A stretch of DNA of 32,000 nt from Cupriavidus necator (GCF_016127575.1 NZ_CP066018.1:240001-272000), one strand, 5' to 3'. Shown: positions 18,117 through 27,484, counted from the stretch's first letter. Program-made: numbers and translations. The notes: generated by a model from the sequence alone, not told the origin.

Positions 18117-18605
18117 TCAGCCGGCGTTGCCTTGCAGGCGCTGGCGCAACTCGGCCACCAGGCCGTCGCAGGCATCTTCGATGTAGTCGAGCACGCGCTC
18201 GAAGCCATCGCCTTCGCCGTAGTAGGGGTCCGGCACCTCGTCGGCGTCGTGGCGGGTGGCGAAGCTCATCAGCAGGCGCAGCTTGGCGCCGGCATCGGGG
18301 CGCAGCCGCGCCAGGCCGGCCAGGTTCTCGCGGTCCATCGCCAGGATCAGGTCGAAGCGGTCGAAGTCAGGCAGGCCGACCTTGCGCGCGCGCAGCGCGG
18401 ACAGGTCATAGCCGCGCTGCAGCGCGTGGCGCTGGGTGCGGGGATCGGGCGCGCGGCCCAGGTGGTATTCATGCGTGCCCGCCGAATCCAGTTCCACCAG
18501 TGCGTCCAGCCCCGCCGCAGCCAGCTTGGCGCGCAGCACGCCCTCCGCCGTCGGGGAACGGCAGATGTTTCCCATGCAACACATCAGGATGGCGTATGTC
18601 TTCAT
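18117..18605 (-). CDS. Low-molecular-weight protein-tyrosine phosphatase
   Basis: I used the frame of track ORF 18117..18656 and chose the ATG at 18605 (MKTYAILMCCMGNICRSPTAEG). It has the CX5R(S/T) P-loop and a DPYY general-acid motif (VPDPYYGEGDGF). The product is 162 aa. Confidence 0.93.
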   Translation of the reverse strand: MKTYAILMCCMGNICRSPTAEGVLRAKLAAAGLDALVELDSAGTHEYHLGRAPDPRTQRHALQRGYDLSALRARKVGLPDFDRFDLILAMDRENLAGLARLRPDAGAKLRLLMSFATRHDADEVPDPYYGEGDGFERVLDYIEDACDGLVAELRQRLQGNAG

Positions 18606-18695
18606 CGGATCACGGCTTGGCGGGAGTGGAACGGCGGGCGCACCGGCACACGGCAAGGCCGCCGGCCGGACAGCCGCAATTCTACCCGCAGCCCT

Positions 18696-18938
18696 TCAGG
18701 CCAGCTGCTTGGCCAGCCGCTCGCCGTGCGCAAACCCGGCCACTTCCGCGGCCTCGCGCGATTTGTAGTGCTCGGTGATGCGCGAGGTCTCGGTCAGCGT
18801 GCCGGCGGCGCGGATATTGGTGCCGGGGCGGCAGACGCGCACGGTGTAGGACCATTCGCTCTGTGAGCGCTGTTTGACCTGGACCTGCACCTCGTGGGTT
18901 TCATAGACCTTCTTCTTCCATTCACCGATATCGCTCAT
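18696..18938 (-). CDS. Small hypothetical protein (80 aa)
   Basis: An ATG start has a GGAG RBS 7 nt upstream. Codon bias is typical of the host. The product is MSDIGEWKKKVYETHEVQVQVKQRSQSEWSYTVRV...REAAEVAGFAHGERLAKQLA. No family was recognised. Confidence 0.65.
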   Translation of the reverse strand: MSDIGEWKKKVYETHEVQVQVKQRSQSEWSYTVRVCRPGTNIRAAGTLTETSRITEHYKSREAAEVAGFAHGERLAKQLA

Positions 18939-18971
18939 TGTGGTTCTCCACGGAAAATGGGTGATGCCTGG

Positions 18972-19193
18972 CTAGTTGACCTCGCCGGCGTCGATCGCGC
19001 GCATGGCGCCGGCCTCCGCCAGGGCGATGGCCCCTTCGGGCGTGGGCGCGTCGCCCGCAATCGCCTCGTAGCTGGGGCCGGATGGCTCGCCGAAGGCATC
19101 GGCGATGCGCATCTGCGCCGCAAACCCGCCGGCGGCATTGGGGACCGCGCTGACCACGACCGCGTAGCCGCCGTATTCAAACTGGCGTTCCAT
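18972..19193 (-). CDS. Small hypothetical protein (73 aa)
   Basis: An ATG start is preceded by a strong AAGGAGG RBS. GC3 is very high. The product is MERQFEYGGYAVVVSAVPNAAGGFAAQMRIADAF...EGAIALAEAGAMRAIDAGEVN. No family was recognised. Confidence 0.7.
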   Translation of the reverse strand: MERQFEYGGYAVVVSAVPNAAGGFAAQMRIADAFGEPSGPSYEAIAGDAPTPEGAIALAEAGAMRAIDAGEVN

Positions 19194-19290
19194 CTTGCCT
19201 CCTTTGCGGCAGCCTTCGCGCTTTCACCCTTCATGACCGGCGCCGCCGCGAATTTCACTATAGGCGAAGCGCGCGTGGCGGTGCGGCGTA

Positions 19291-21375
<2,085 letters not shown>

Positions 21376-21560
21376 AGGGGGCGAATTTACGGGCGGGATT
21401 AGGGAAATACCTCAGGAATACGGGGCGAATACGCTAGAATCTTGGGGTTGCCAGCCCCCGCTTCAAGCCGGAAGCGTCACGGGGGCCTGTCAGCCCCCAG
21501 CGCAGTCCGAAGCATTCTACGCCTTCCCGTTTTCTTACATAGCCGACCACGAGATTCCAA

Positions 21561-22757
21561 ATGAGTTTGTTTTCTGCCGTCGAGATGGCCCCGCGCGACC
21601 CGATCCTGGGCCTAAACGAAGCCTTCAATGCCGATACCCGCCCGACCAAGGTCAACCTGGGCGTTGGCGTGTACTTCACCGACGAAGGGAAAATCCCCCT
21701 GCTGCGCGCCGTCCAGGAGGCAGAAAAGGCACGTCTGACCACCGCCACGCCGCGTGGCTACCTGCCGATCGAAGGCATTGCCGCCTATGACCAGGCCGTG
21801 CAGACGCTGCTGTTCGGCAAGGAATCGCCGCTGATCACGGAAGGCCGCGTGGTGACGGCCCAGGCACTCGGCGGCACCGGCGCGCTGAAGATCGGCGCCG
21901 ACTTCCTGAAGCGCCTGTATCCGGACGCCAAGGTCGCCATCAGCGACCCGAGCTGGGAAAACCACCGCGCACTGTTCGAATCCGCCGGCTTCCCGGTGGT
22001 CAACTATGCCTACTACGATGCCCCCAGCCACGGCCTGAACTTTGCCGGCATGGTGGAATCGCTGAAGTCGTTCCCGGCCAACACCATCGTCGTGCTGCAC
22101 GCCTGCTGCCACAACCCGACCGGCGTGGACCTGTCGCCCGAGCAGTGGAAGCAGGTGGTGGAACTGGTCAAGGAACGCAACCTGATCCCGTTCCTGGACA
22201 TGGCCTACCAGGGCTTTGCCGACGGCATCGACCCGGACGGCGCCGCCGTGCGCCTGTTCGCGGACTCCGGACTGCCCTTCTTCGTGTCGAGCTCGTTCTC
22301 GAAGAGCTTCTCGCTGTACGGCGAGCGCGTCGGCGCGCTGTCGATCGTCACCACCAGCAAGGAAGAAGCGCAGCGCGTGATGTCGCAGGTCAAGCGCGTG
22401 ATCCGCACCAACTACTCCAACCCGCCGACGCACGGCGGCACCGTGGTCGCGACCGTGCTGAACAGCCCGGAACTGCGCGCCATGTGGGAAGAAGAGCTGG
22501 CCGAGATGCGCGACCGCATCAAGCTGATGCGCCATGCGCTGGTCGACAAGCTGGCCGCCAAGGGCGTGCCGGGCGACTTCTCCTTCGTCAAGGCGCAGCG
22601 CGGCATGTTCTCGTACTCGGGCCTGACCTCGGCCCAGGTGGACCGCCTGCGCAACGAGCATGGCATCTACGCCGTCGGCACCGGCCGCATCTGCGTGGCC
22701 GCGCTGAACAGCCGCAACATCGACGCCGTCGTCGATGCGATCGCAGCTGTGATGTAA
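21561..22757 (+). CDS. Class I aspartate/aromatic-amino-acid aminotransferase (AspC/TyrB family)
   Basis: The 398-aa product is colinear by eye with E. coli TyrB/AspC (DPILGL, VNLGVGVY, GGTGALK, SDPSWENH, HACCHNPTG, FLDMAYQGF, the PLP lysine in SSSFSKSFSLYGERVG, and RGMFSY). Confidence 0.95.
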   Translation: MSLFSAVEMAPRDPILGLNEAFNADTRPTKVNLGVGVYFTDEGKIPLLRAVQEAEKARLTTATPRGYLPIEGIAAYDQAVQTLLFGKESPLITEGRVVTAQALGGTGALKIGADFLKRLYPDAKVAISDPSWENHRALFESAGFPVVNYAYYDAPSHGLNFAGMVESLKSFPANTIVVLHACCHNPTGVDLSPEQWKQVVELVKERNLIPFLDMAYQGFADGIDPDGAAVRLFADSGLPFFVSSSFSKSFSLYGERVGALSIVTTSKEEAQRVMSQVKRVIRTNYSNPPTHGGTVVATVLNSPELRAMWEEELAEMRDRIKLMRHALVDKLAAKGVPGDFSFVKAQRGMFSYSGLTSAQVDRLRNEHGIYAVGTGRICVAALNSRNIDAVVDAIAAVM

Positions 22758-22822
22758 AAGGCTTTTGCAATCGCCATCCCGCAACAGGTGGCGACTGGCG
22801 CAAGCGTCACAAAGCAATGCAC

Positions 22823-22846
22823 AAAAAGCGGCTTCGGCCGCTTTTT
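22823..22846 (+). terminator. Rho-independent terminator after the aminotransferase gene
   Basis: aaaaaGCGGCttcgGCCGCttttt has a GC stem with a TTCG tetraloop and a T5 tail. The upstream A5 makes it formally bidirectional. Confidence 0.75.
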
Positions 22847-23068
22847 GCATTTGTTTACGATTTATCAGCCAATGTCATCAAGAAATCAGCCTTTTACCTT
22901 ATTGTTTTCCGCAGCAACAGATGTACTTTAAGGTATATGCTGCAGAGCAAGATCGTTAGCACGGTCGTTCGGTTAAAGGCATAATCGGCGCCACGATCCC
23001 CCGGTGTATTGTCAGTACATTAGTACTTGGTAGTACGTACCTCTTAGCTAGACCCAGGCAGAAAAGGC

Positions 23069-24328
23069 ATGCTCTACCAATTGCATGAGTTCCAGCGCTC
23101 GATCCTGCACCCGCTGACCGCGTGGGCCCAGGCGACCGCCAAGACCTTCACCAACCCCCTCAGCCCGCTCTCGCTGGTTCCCGGCGCACCCCGCCTGGCT
23201 GCCGGCTATGAACTGCTGTACCGGCTCGGCAAGGAATACGAAAAGCCGGCATTCGACATCAAGTCGGTGCGCTCCAACGGGCGCGACATCCCCATCGTCG
23301 AGCAGACCGTGCTTGAAAAGCCGTTCTGCAAGCTGGTGCGCTTCAAGCGCTATGCCGACGACCCGGAGACCATCAAGCTGCTCAAGGATGAGCCGGTGGT
23401 GCTGGTGGCCGCGCCGCTGTCGGGCCACCATGCCACGCTGCTGCGCGACACGGTGCGCACGCTGCTGCAGGACCACAAGGTCTACGTCACCGACTGGATC
23501 GACGCACGCATGGTGCCGGTCGAGGAAGGCGCGTTCCACCTGTCGGACTACATCTACTACATCCAGGAATTCATCCGCCATATCGGCGCCGAGAACCTGC
23601 ATGTGATCTCGGTATGCCAGCCCACCGTGCCGGTGCTGGCCGCGATCTCGCTGATGGCCTCGGCCGGCGAGAAGACGCCGCGCACCATGACCATGATGGG
23701 CGGCCCGATCGACGCCCGCAAGAGCCCCACCGCGGTCAACTCGCTGGCGACCAACAAGTCGTTCGAGTGGTTCGAGAACAACGTCATCTACACCGTGCCG
23801 GCCAACTACCCCGGCCACGGCCGCCGCGTCTACCCGGGCTTTTTGCAGCATGCCGGTTTCGTGGCGATGAACCCGGACCGGCACCTTTCCTCGCACTATG
23901 ACTTCTACCTGAGCCTGGTCGAGGGCGATGCGGATGACGCCGAAGCCCACGTGCGCTTCTACGACGAATACAACGCGGTGCTCGACATGGCCGCCGAGTA
24001 CTACCTCGACACCATCCGCGAGGTGTTCCAGGAATTCCGCCTGGCCAACGGCACCTGGGCCATCGACGGCAATCCGGTGCGGCCGCAGGACATCAAGAGC
24101 ACCGCGCTGATGACCGTCGAGGGCGAACTGGACGACATCTCGGGCGCGGGCCAGACCGCCGCGGCGCACGACCTGTGCGCCGGCATCCCGAAAATCCGCA
24201 AGCAGCACCTGAACGCGGCACACTGCGGCCACTACGGCATCTTCTCGGGCCGGCGCTGGCGCGAAGAGATCTACCCGCAGCTGCGCGACTTTATCCGCAA
24301 GTACCACCAGGCCTCGGCCACCAGGTAA
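23069..24328 (+). CDS. phaZ: Intracellular poly(3-hydroxybutyrate) depolymerase (PhaZ1/PhaZa1 type)
   Basis: The 419-aa product MLYQLHEFQRSILHPLTAW... matches the C. necator H16 PhaZ1 sequence as I remember it. Cys183 lies in HVISVCQP (codon 23615-23617), and Asp355 and His388 fall exactly at the reported triad positions. There is no Ser lipase box. Confidence 0.95.
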   Translation: MLYQLHEFQRSILHPLTAWAQATAKTFTNPLSPLSLVPGAPRLAAGYELLYRLGKEYEKPAFDIKSVRSNGRDIPIVEQTVLEKPFCKLVRFKRYADDPETIKLLKDEPVVLVAAPLSGHHATLLRDTVRTLLQDHKVYVTDWIDARMVPVEEGAFHLSDYIYYIQEFIRHIGAENLHVISVCQPTVPVLAAISLMASAGEKTPRTMTMMGGPIDARKSPTAVNSLATNKSFEWFENNVIYTVPANYPGHGRRVYPGFLQHAGFVAMNPDRHLSSHYDFYLSLVEGDADDAEAHVRFYDEYNAVLDMAAEYYLDTIREVFQEFRLANGTWAIDGNPVRPQDIKSTALMTVEGELDDISGAGQTAAAHDLCAGIPKIRKQHLNAAHCGHYGIFSGRRWREEIYPQLRDFIRKYHQASATR

Positions 24329-24330
24329 GA

Positions 24331-24354
24331 AAACGCCCGCGATTGCGGGCGTTT
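24331..24354. terminator. Bidirectional hairpin terminator between the convergent phaZ and TetR genes
   Basis: aaacgcccgc-gatt-gcgggcgttt forms a 10-bp stem. It is followed by tcttctt on the plus strand and preceded by A-rich sequence. Confidence 0.7.
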
Positions 24355-24375
24355 CTTCTTGCGGGGCCGGGATGC

Positions 24376-25011
24376 TCAGTGCTTCTTCAGGTAGCTGAGC
24401 AGCATTTCCGAGTGCAGCTCGGCAAAGCGCTCATGCTCCTGCTGCGAGGCCACGTCGCGGCCGATCACGGCACTGATGGTATAGCGGTTGGACAGCACGT
24501 AGTAGCCCAGCGCGGAAATCGTCAGGTAGAACTGCGGCACGTCGATATCGTCGCGGAACACGCCTTGTTCCTGCCCGCGCCGGATCACGTCGGCCAGCAC
24601 ATCCACCACCGGGTTGATCAGCTGCTGCAGCTGCGCCGACTTTTTCAGGTGCCGGGCCTCGTGCAGGTTCTCGCTGTTGACCAGGCGGATGAACTCCGGG
24701 TGCTCGTAATACCAGTCCCAGACGAAACGCGCCAGCGTGCGCACGCCCTGGACCGGGTCTTCGTCGACCAGGTGCAGCTGCTCCTCGTCGGCGCGGAAAT
24801 TAGCGTATTGCTTCTCAAGCACCGCCAGGAACAGGCCTTCCTTGCTGCCGTAGTAGTAGTACAGCATTCGTTCGTTGGTTTCCGCGCGCCGGGCAATCTG
24901 GTCGACGCGGGCGCCGGCCAGACCCCCCTTGGCGAATTCCTCGGTGGCCGCAGCGAGGATGCGTCGGCGCGTCCCTTCCGGGTCGCGTTTGGTCTTGGGC
25001 TCAGTTGACAT
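24376..25011 (-). CDS. TetR/AcrR-family transcriptional regulator
   Basis: The 211-aa product has the N-terminal TetR HTH (RRRILAAATEEFAKGGLAGARVDQIARRAETNERMLYYYYGSKEGLF). Confidence 0.92.
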   Translation of the reverse strand: MSTEPKTKRDPEGTRRRILAAATEEFAKGGLAGARVDQIARRAETNERMLYYYYGSKEGLFLAVLEKQYANFRADEEQLHLVDEDPVQGVRTLARFVWDWYYEHPEFIRLVNSENLHEARHLKKSAQLQQLINPVVDVLADVIRRGQEQGVFRDDIDVPQFYLTISALGYYVLSNRYTISAVIGRDVASQQEHERFAELHSEMLLSYLKKH

Positions 25012-25267
25012 GGGGTGGCTGGTCGATCGTTGCGCGGATTATGGCATAGGCCGGAATGCGGCAATCCGGCGGTGCGCGCATCATCGCCGTTTCTGCCCGC
25101 CGGCGAAATCGGGGATAATCCTTGCGGCGCGATGGCTCGCAGGGGTCCACAGAGATCCCGGTGCCGCAGGGTCGCTGGCCTATTGTCCGCCGCCGGGTTC
25201 GGCTGTTATGTCGCCAAACCCTCACAGCGCCCCGTAAATATCGTGTCTTGACCGTTCTGATCCGGCC

Positions 25268-26116
25268 TTGGTCCCTGTCTTGTCCCCTGATTTCCTGCCC
25301 GTAGTCGTGAATCCCGCCGTCAAGTCCCTTGCCGACCGCATCGAAGCGCTGCTGCCACAGACCCAGTGCACAAAATGCGGCTTCAACGGCTGCCGCCCCT
25401 ACGCCGAAGCCATGGCCAGCGGCGAAGCCGCCTGCAACCGCTGCCCGCCCGGCGGCGCGGAAGGAATCGTGCGCCTGGCCGCGGCGCTCGGCACCGAACC
25501 ACTGCCGCTGGACCCGGAGCGCGGCAGCGAACAGCCGCGCGCGGTGGCCCGCATCGACGAGAGCCTTTGCATCGGCTGCACGCTTTGCATCCAGGCCTGC
25601 CCGGTCGATGCGATTGCCGGCGCCGCCAAGCAGATGCATACGGTGATCCCTGACTGGTGCACCGGCTGCGACCTGTGCGTGGCGCCCTGCCCGGTCGACT
25701 GCATCGACATGGTCCCGGTCACCGGCGCGCGCACCGGCTGGGCCGCGTGGTCGCAGGCGCAGGCCGATGCCGCGCACGCGCGCTACCTGGCGCGCAATGC
25801 GCGGCTGGTGCGCGAGCGCGAGGAAAACGACGCGCGCCTGGCCGCCAAGGCCGCCGCCAAGCTGGCCGCGGTGCAAGCCGAAGCGCCGGAGAACGATGCC
25901 GAGCGCGCCGCGCAGGAACGCAAGCGCGCCATCATCCAGGCCGCCATCGAACGCGCCCGGCAGAAGCAGCAGGCCGCGCAGCCGCGCAATACGGAGAACG
26001 TCTCGGCTGCGGTGCAGGCCCAGATCGACGCCGCCGAAGCACGGCGCGCGCGCGCGGGACTTGCCAGGCCTGGATCCGACCAGAACGCCAATACCGACCC
26101 GGAAGAAAAACAATGA
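25268..26116 (+). CDS. rnfB: RnfB/RsxB-like iron-sulfur ferredoxin lacking the membrane anchor and carrying a long Ala/Arg/Glu/Gln-rich C-terminal tail
   Basis: [39 protein letters not shown] aligns with the E. coli RnfB N-terminal cluster domain. Two CxxCxxCxxxCP motifs are present ([24 protein letters not shown]). There is no ATG, so the start is uncertain: TTG at 25268, TTG at 25280 or GTG at 25307. Confidence 0.88.
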   Translation: MVPVLSPDFLPVVVNPAVKSLADRIEALLPQTQCTKCGFNGCRPYAEAMASGEAACNRCPPGGAEGIVRLAAALGTEPLPLDPERGSEQPRAVARIDESLCIGCTLCIQACPVDAIAGAAKQMHTVIPDWCTGCDLCVAPCPVDCIDMVPVTGARTGWAAWSQAQADAAHARYLARNARLVREREENDARLAAKAAAKLAAVQAEAPENDAERAAQERKRAIIQAAIERARQKQQAAQPRNTENVSAAVQAQIDAAEARRARAGLARPGSDQNANTDPEEKQ

Positions 26117-26757
26117 ACGCCGCCAAGTGCCGTGCCATCTTTGAGACGCTGCGCGAAACCAACCCTGCCCCGGCCACCGAACTGGAATACAGCTCGCCGT
26201 TCGAGCTGCTGATCGCCGTGCTGCTGTCGGCGCAGGCGACCGACGTCGGCGTCAACAAGGCCACGCGGCGGCTGTTCCCGGTAGCGCATACCCCACGCCA
26301 GATGCTGGACCTGGGCGAAGCCGGCCTCAGCGAGTACATCAAGACCATCGGGCTGTACAAGACCAAGGCGAAGCATGTGATCGAAACCTGCCGCATCCTG
26401 GTCGAGCGCCACGGCGGCAAGGTCCCGCCCGAGCGCGAAGCGCTGGAGGCGCTGCCGGGCGTGGGCCGCAAGACCGCCAACGTGGTGCTCAACACCGCGT
26501 TCGGCGAGCCCACCATCGCGGTGGACACGCATATCTTCCGGGTAGCGAACCGCACCGGGCTGGCGCCGGGCAAGACCGTGCAGATCGTCGAGCAGAAGCT
26601 GCTCAAGTGCGTGCCGCATGAGTTCCTGCACGATGCCCACCACTGGCTGATCCTGCACGGCCGCTACGTGTGCAAGGCGCGCAAGCCAGAGTGCTGGCAC
26701 TGCGTGATCGAGCCGCTATGCGAGTTCAGGGAAAAGACGCCGGCGCCGCAGCTGTAA
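26113..26757 (+). CDS. nth: Endonuclease III (DNA glycosylase/AP lyase)
   Basis: The ATG at 26113 overlaps the rnfB stop (ATGA). The product [15 protein letters not shown]...[14 protein letters not shown] has an HhH-GPD element ([14 protein letters not shown]...VDTHIFR) and the 4Fe-4S loop [17 protein letters not shown] (Cx6Cx2Cx5C). The upstream part of track ORF 25657..26757 is a spurious extension. Confidence 0.96.
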   Translation: MNAAKCRAIFETLRETNPAPATELEYSSPFELLIAVLLSAQATDVGVNKATRRLFPVAHTPRQMLDLGEAGLSEYIKTIGLYKTKAKHVIETCRILVERHGGKVPPEREALEALPGVGRKTANVVLNTAFGEPTIAVDTHIFRVANRTGLAPGKTVQIVEQKLLKCVPHEFLHDAHHWLILHGRYVCKARKPECWHCVIEPLCEFREKTPAPQL

Positions 26758-26772
26758 CCCGGGCCTGATGTC

Positions 26773-27399
26773 CTAGTCCGGCTCGTGCGCCAGCACCAGG
26801 GCCAGCTGTAGCGCGGTGCGCGCGACGACCTCCACCTCGGGCGCGTAGCCGTGCGTGATCCAGCGCAGGGCGATGTGGACCACCCCGCCCGCCACCCCCG
26901 CCGTCAGCAACGGATCGAGCTTGCGTCCCGGCGGCAGCAGCGCTTGCGCGAGCAGCCCGCCGAATTCATCCAGCGAATCCGCCAGCGCCCCGTCGACCAG
27001 CTTGCTGACGCCGCGGATTTCCACCAGGAACACCCGCGCTGAACGCGGCTCGCGCCGCAGCGCCCCGAAATAGGCGCGCAGCATGGCCAGCGCGCGTTGC
27101 TGGCCCTCGCCTCCGGCCCCCTCGCCCGCCAGGGCGAGGGTGTGCAGCAAGCGGTGGGTCACCGTTTGAAACGATGCCAGCAGCAAGGCCTCGCTGTTGG
27201 CGAACGACTCATAGAAATACCGTTCGGTAAGGCCCGCGGCCTCGCACACGGCCTTGACGGTGGCGTTCTGGTAGCCGCGCTCGCCGTAGACCTGCACGGC
27301 CGCGGCAATCAGCTGCACACGGCGTTGGGCACGTCGTTCTTCGGCTTCGGCGCCGCGGTAGCGACGCGCGGGGGTGAGCTCGGTCGTCATGCGCGCCAT
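26773..27399 (-). CDS. TetR-family repressor, divergent from the BVMO operon (EthR-like arrangement)
   Basis: The 208-aa product has a TetR HTH (RVQLIAAAVQVYGERGYQNATVKAVCEAAGLTERYFYESFANSEALL). An alternative ATG lies at 27390. Confidence 0.9.
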   Translation of the reverse strand: MARMTTELTPARRYRGAEAEERRAQRRVQLIAAAVQVYGERGYQNATVKAVCEAAGLTERYFYESFANSEALLLASFQTVTHRLLHTLALAGEGAGGEGQQRALAMLRAYFGALRREPRSARVFLVEIRGVSKLVDGALADSLDEFGGLLAQALLPPGRKLDPLLTAGVAGGVVHIALRWITHGYAPEVEVVARTALQLALVLAHEPD

Positions 27400-27412
27400 T
27401 ATGACATTCCCT

Positions 27413-27461
27413 ATTGTCAGATTCCTTGCCGGATCGCTTCTGACAATCTATGTTGTCAGAA
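27413..27461. promoter_or_regulatory. Candidate TetR operator: three copies of TTGTCAGA, including a perfect 9-bp inverted repeat, overlapping a candidate promoter
   Basis: The copies are aTTGTCAGA (27413-27421), TCTGACAAt (27439-27447, inverted) and TTGTCAGAa (27453-27461). TTCTGACAA-tctatg-TTGTCAGAA (27438-27461) is a perfect palindrome. It overlaps a possible TTGCCG(27426)-17 nt-TATGTT(27449) promoter facing the BVMO gene. Confidence 0.6.
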
Positions 27462-27484
27462 GCGCCACTCGCCCGAATCCCCCA

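Noticed and set aside
16230-18866. An 878-aa ORF on the plus strand, the longest in the track
   Set aside because: It is antisense to the 698-aa membrane-protein gene, the LMW-PTP gene and a small gene. It has shadow-ORF composition (runs of R, G, A, H, Q). The minus-strand frames have proper GC3 bias, TM helices and the CX5R phosphatase motif.
21376-21560. Searched for an SOS (LexA) box upstream of uvrB
   Set aside because: The closest string is CTGTcagcccccAGCG (about 21487-21502), which lacks the ACAG half-site. I am not calling a LexA operator.
22790-22870. Possible PhaR-type binding repeats (I vaguely recall a 12-bp GCAMMAAWTMMD-like motif) near GCAATGCACAAAAAGCGG and TGCATTTGTTT
   Set aside because: The matches are partial and overlap the aminotransferase terminator. 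My memory of the consensus is not reliable enough, so this is left as a suggestion for EMSA only.
22872-22931. A 19-codon mini-ORF (MSSRNQPFTLLFSAATDVL) in the AT-rich phaZ upstream island
   Set aside because: It has no Shine-Dalgarno sequence and atypical codon usage, and it is too short to support without experimental data.
23048-24307. A 419-aa minus-strand ORF mirroring phaZ (also 419 aa)
   Set aside because: It is an antisense shadow of phaZ. The plus-strand product is recognisable as PhaZ1 with its catalytic triad, whereas the mirror product is low-complexity and rich in V, A, G, R, D and H.
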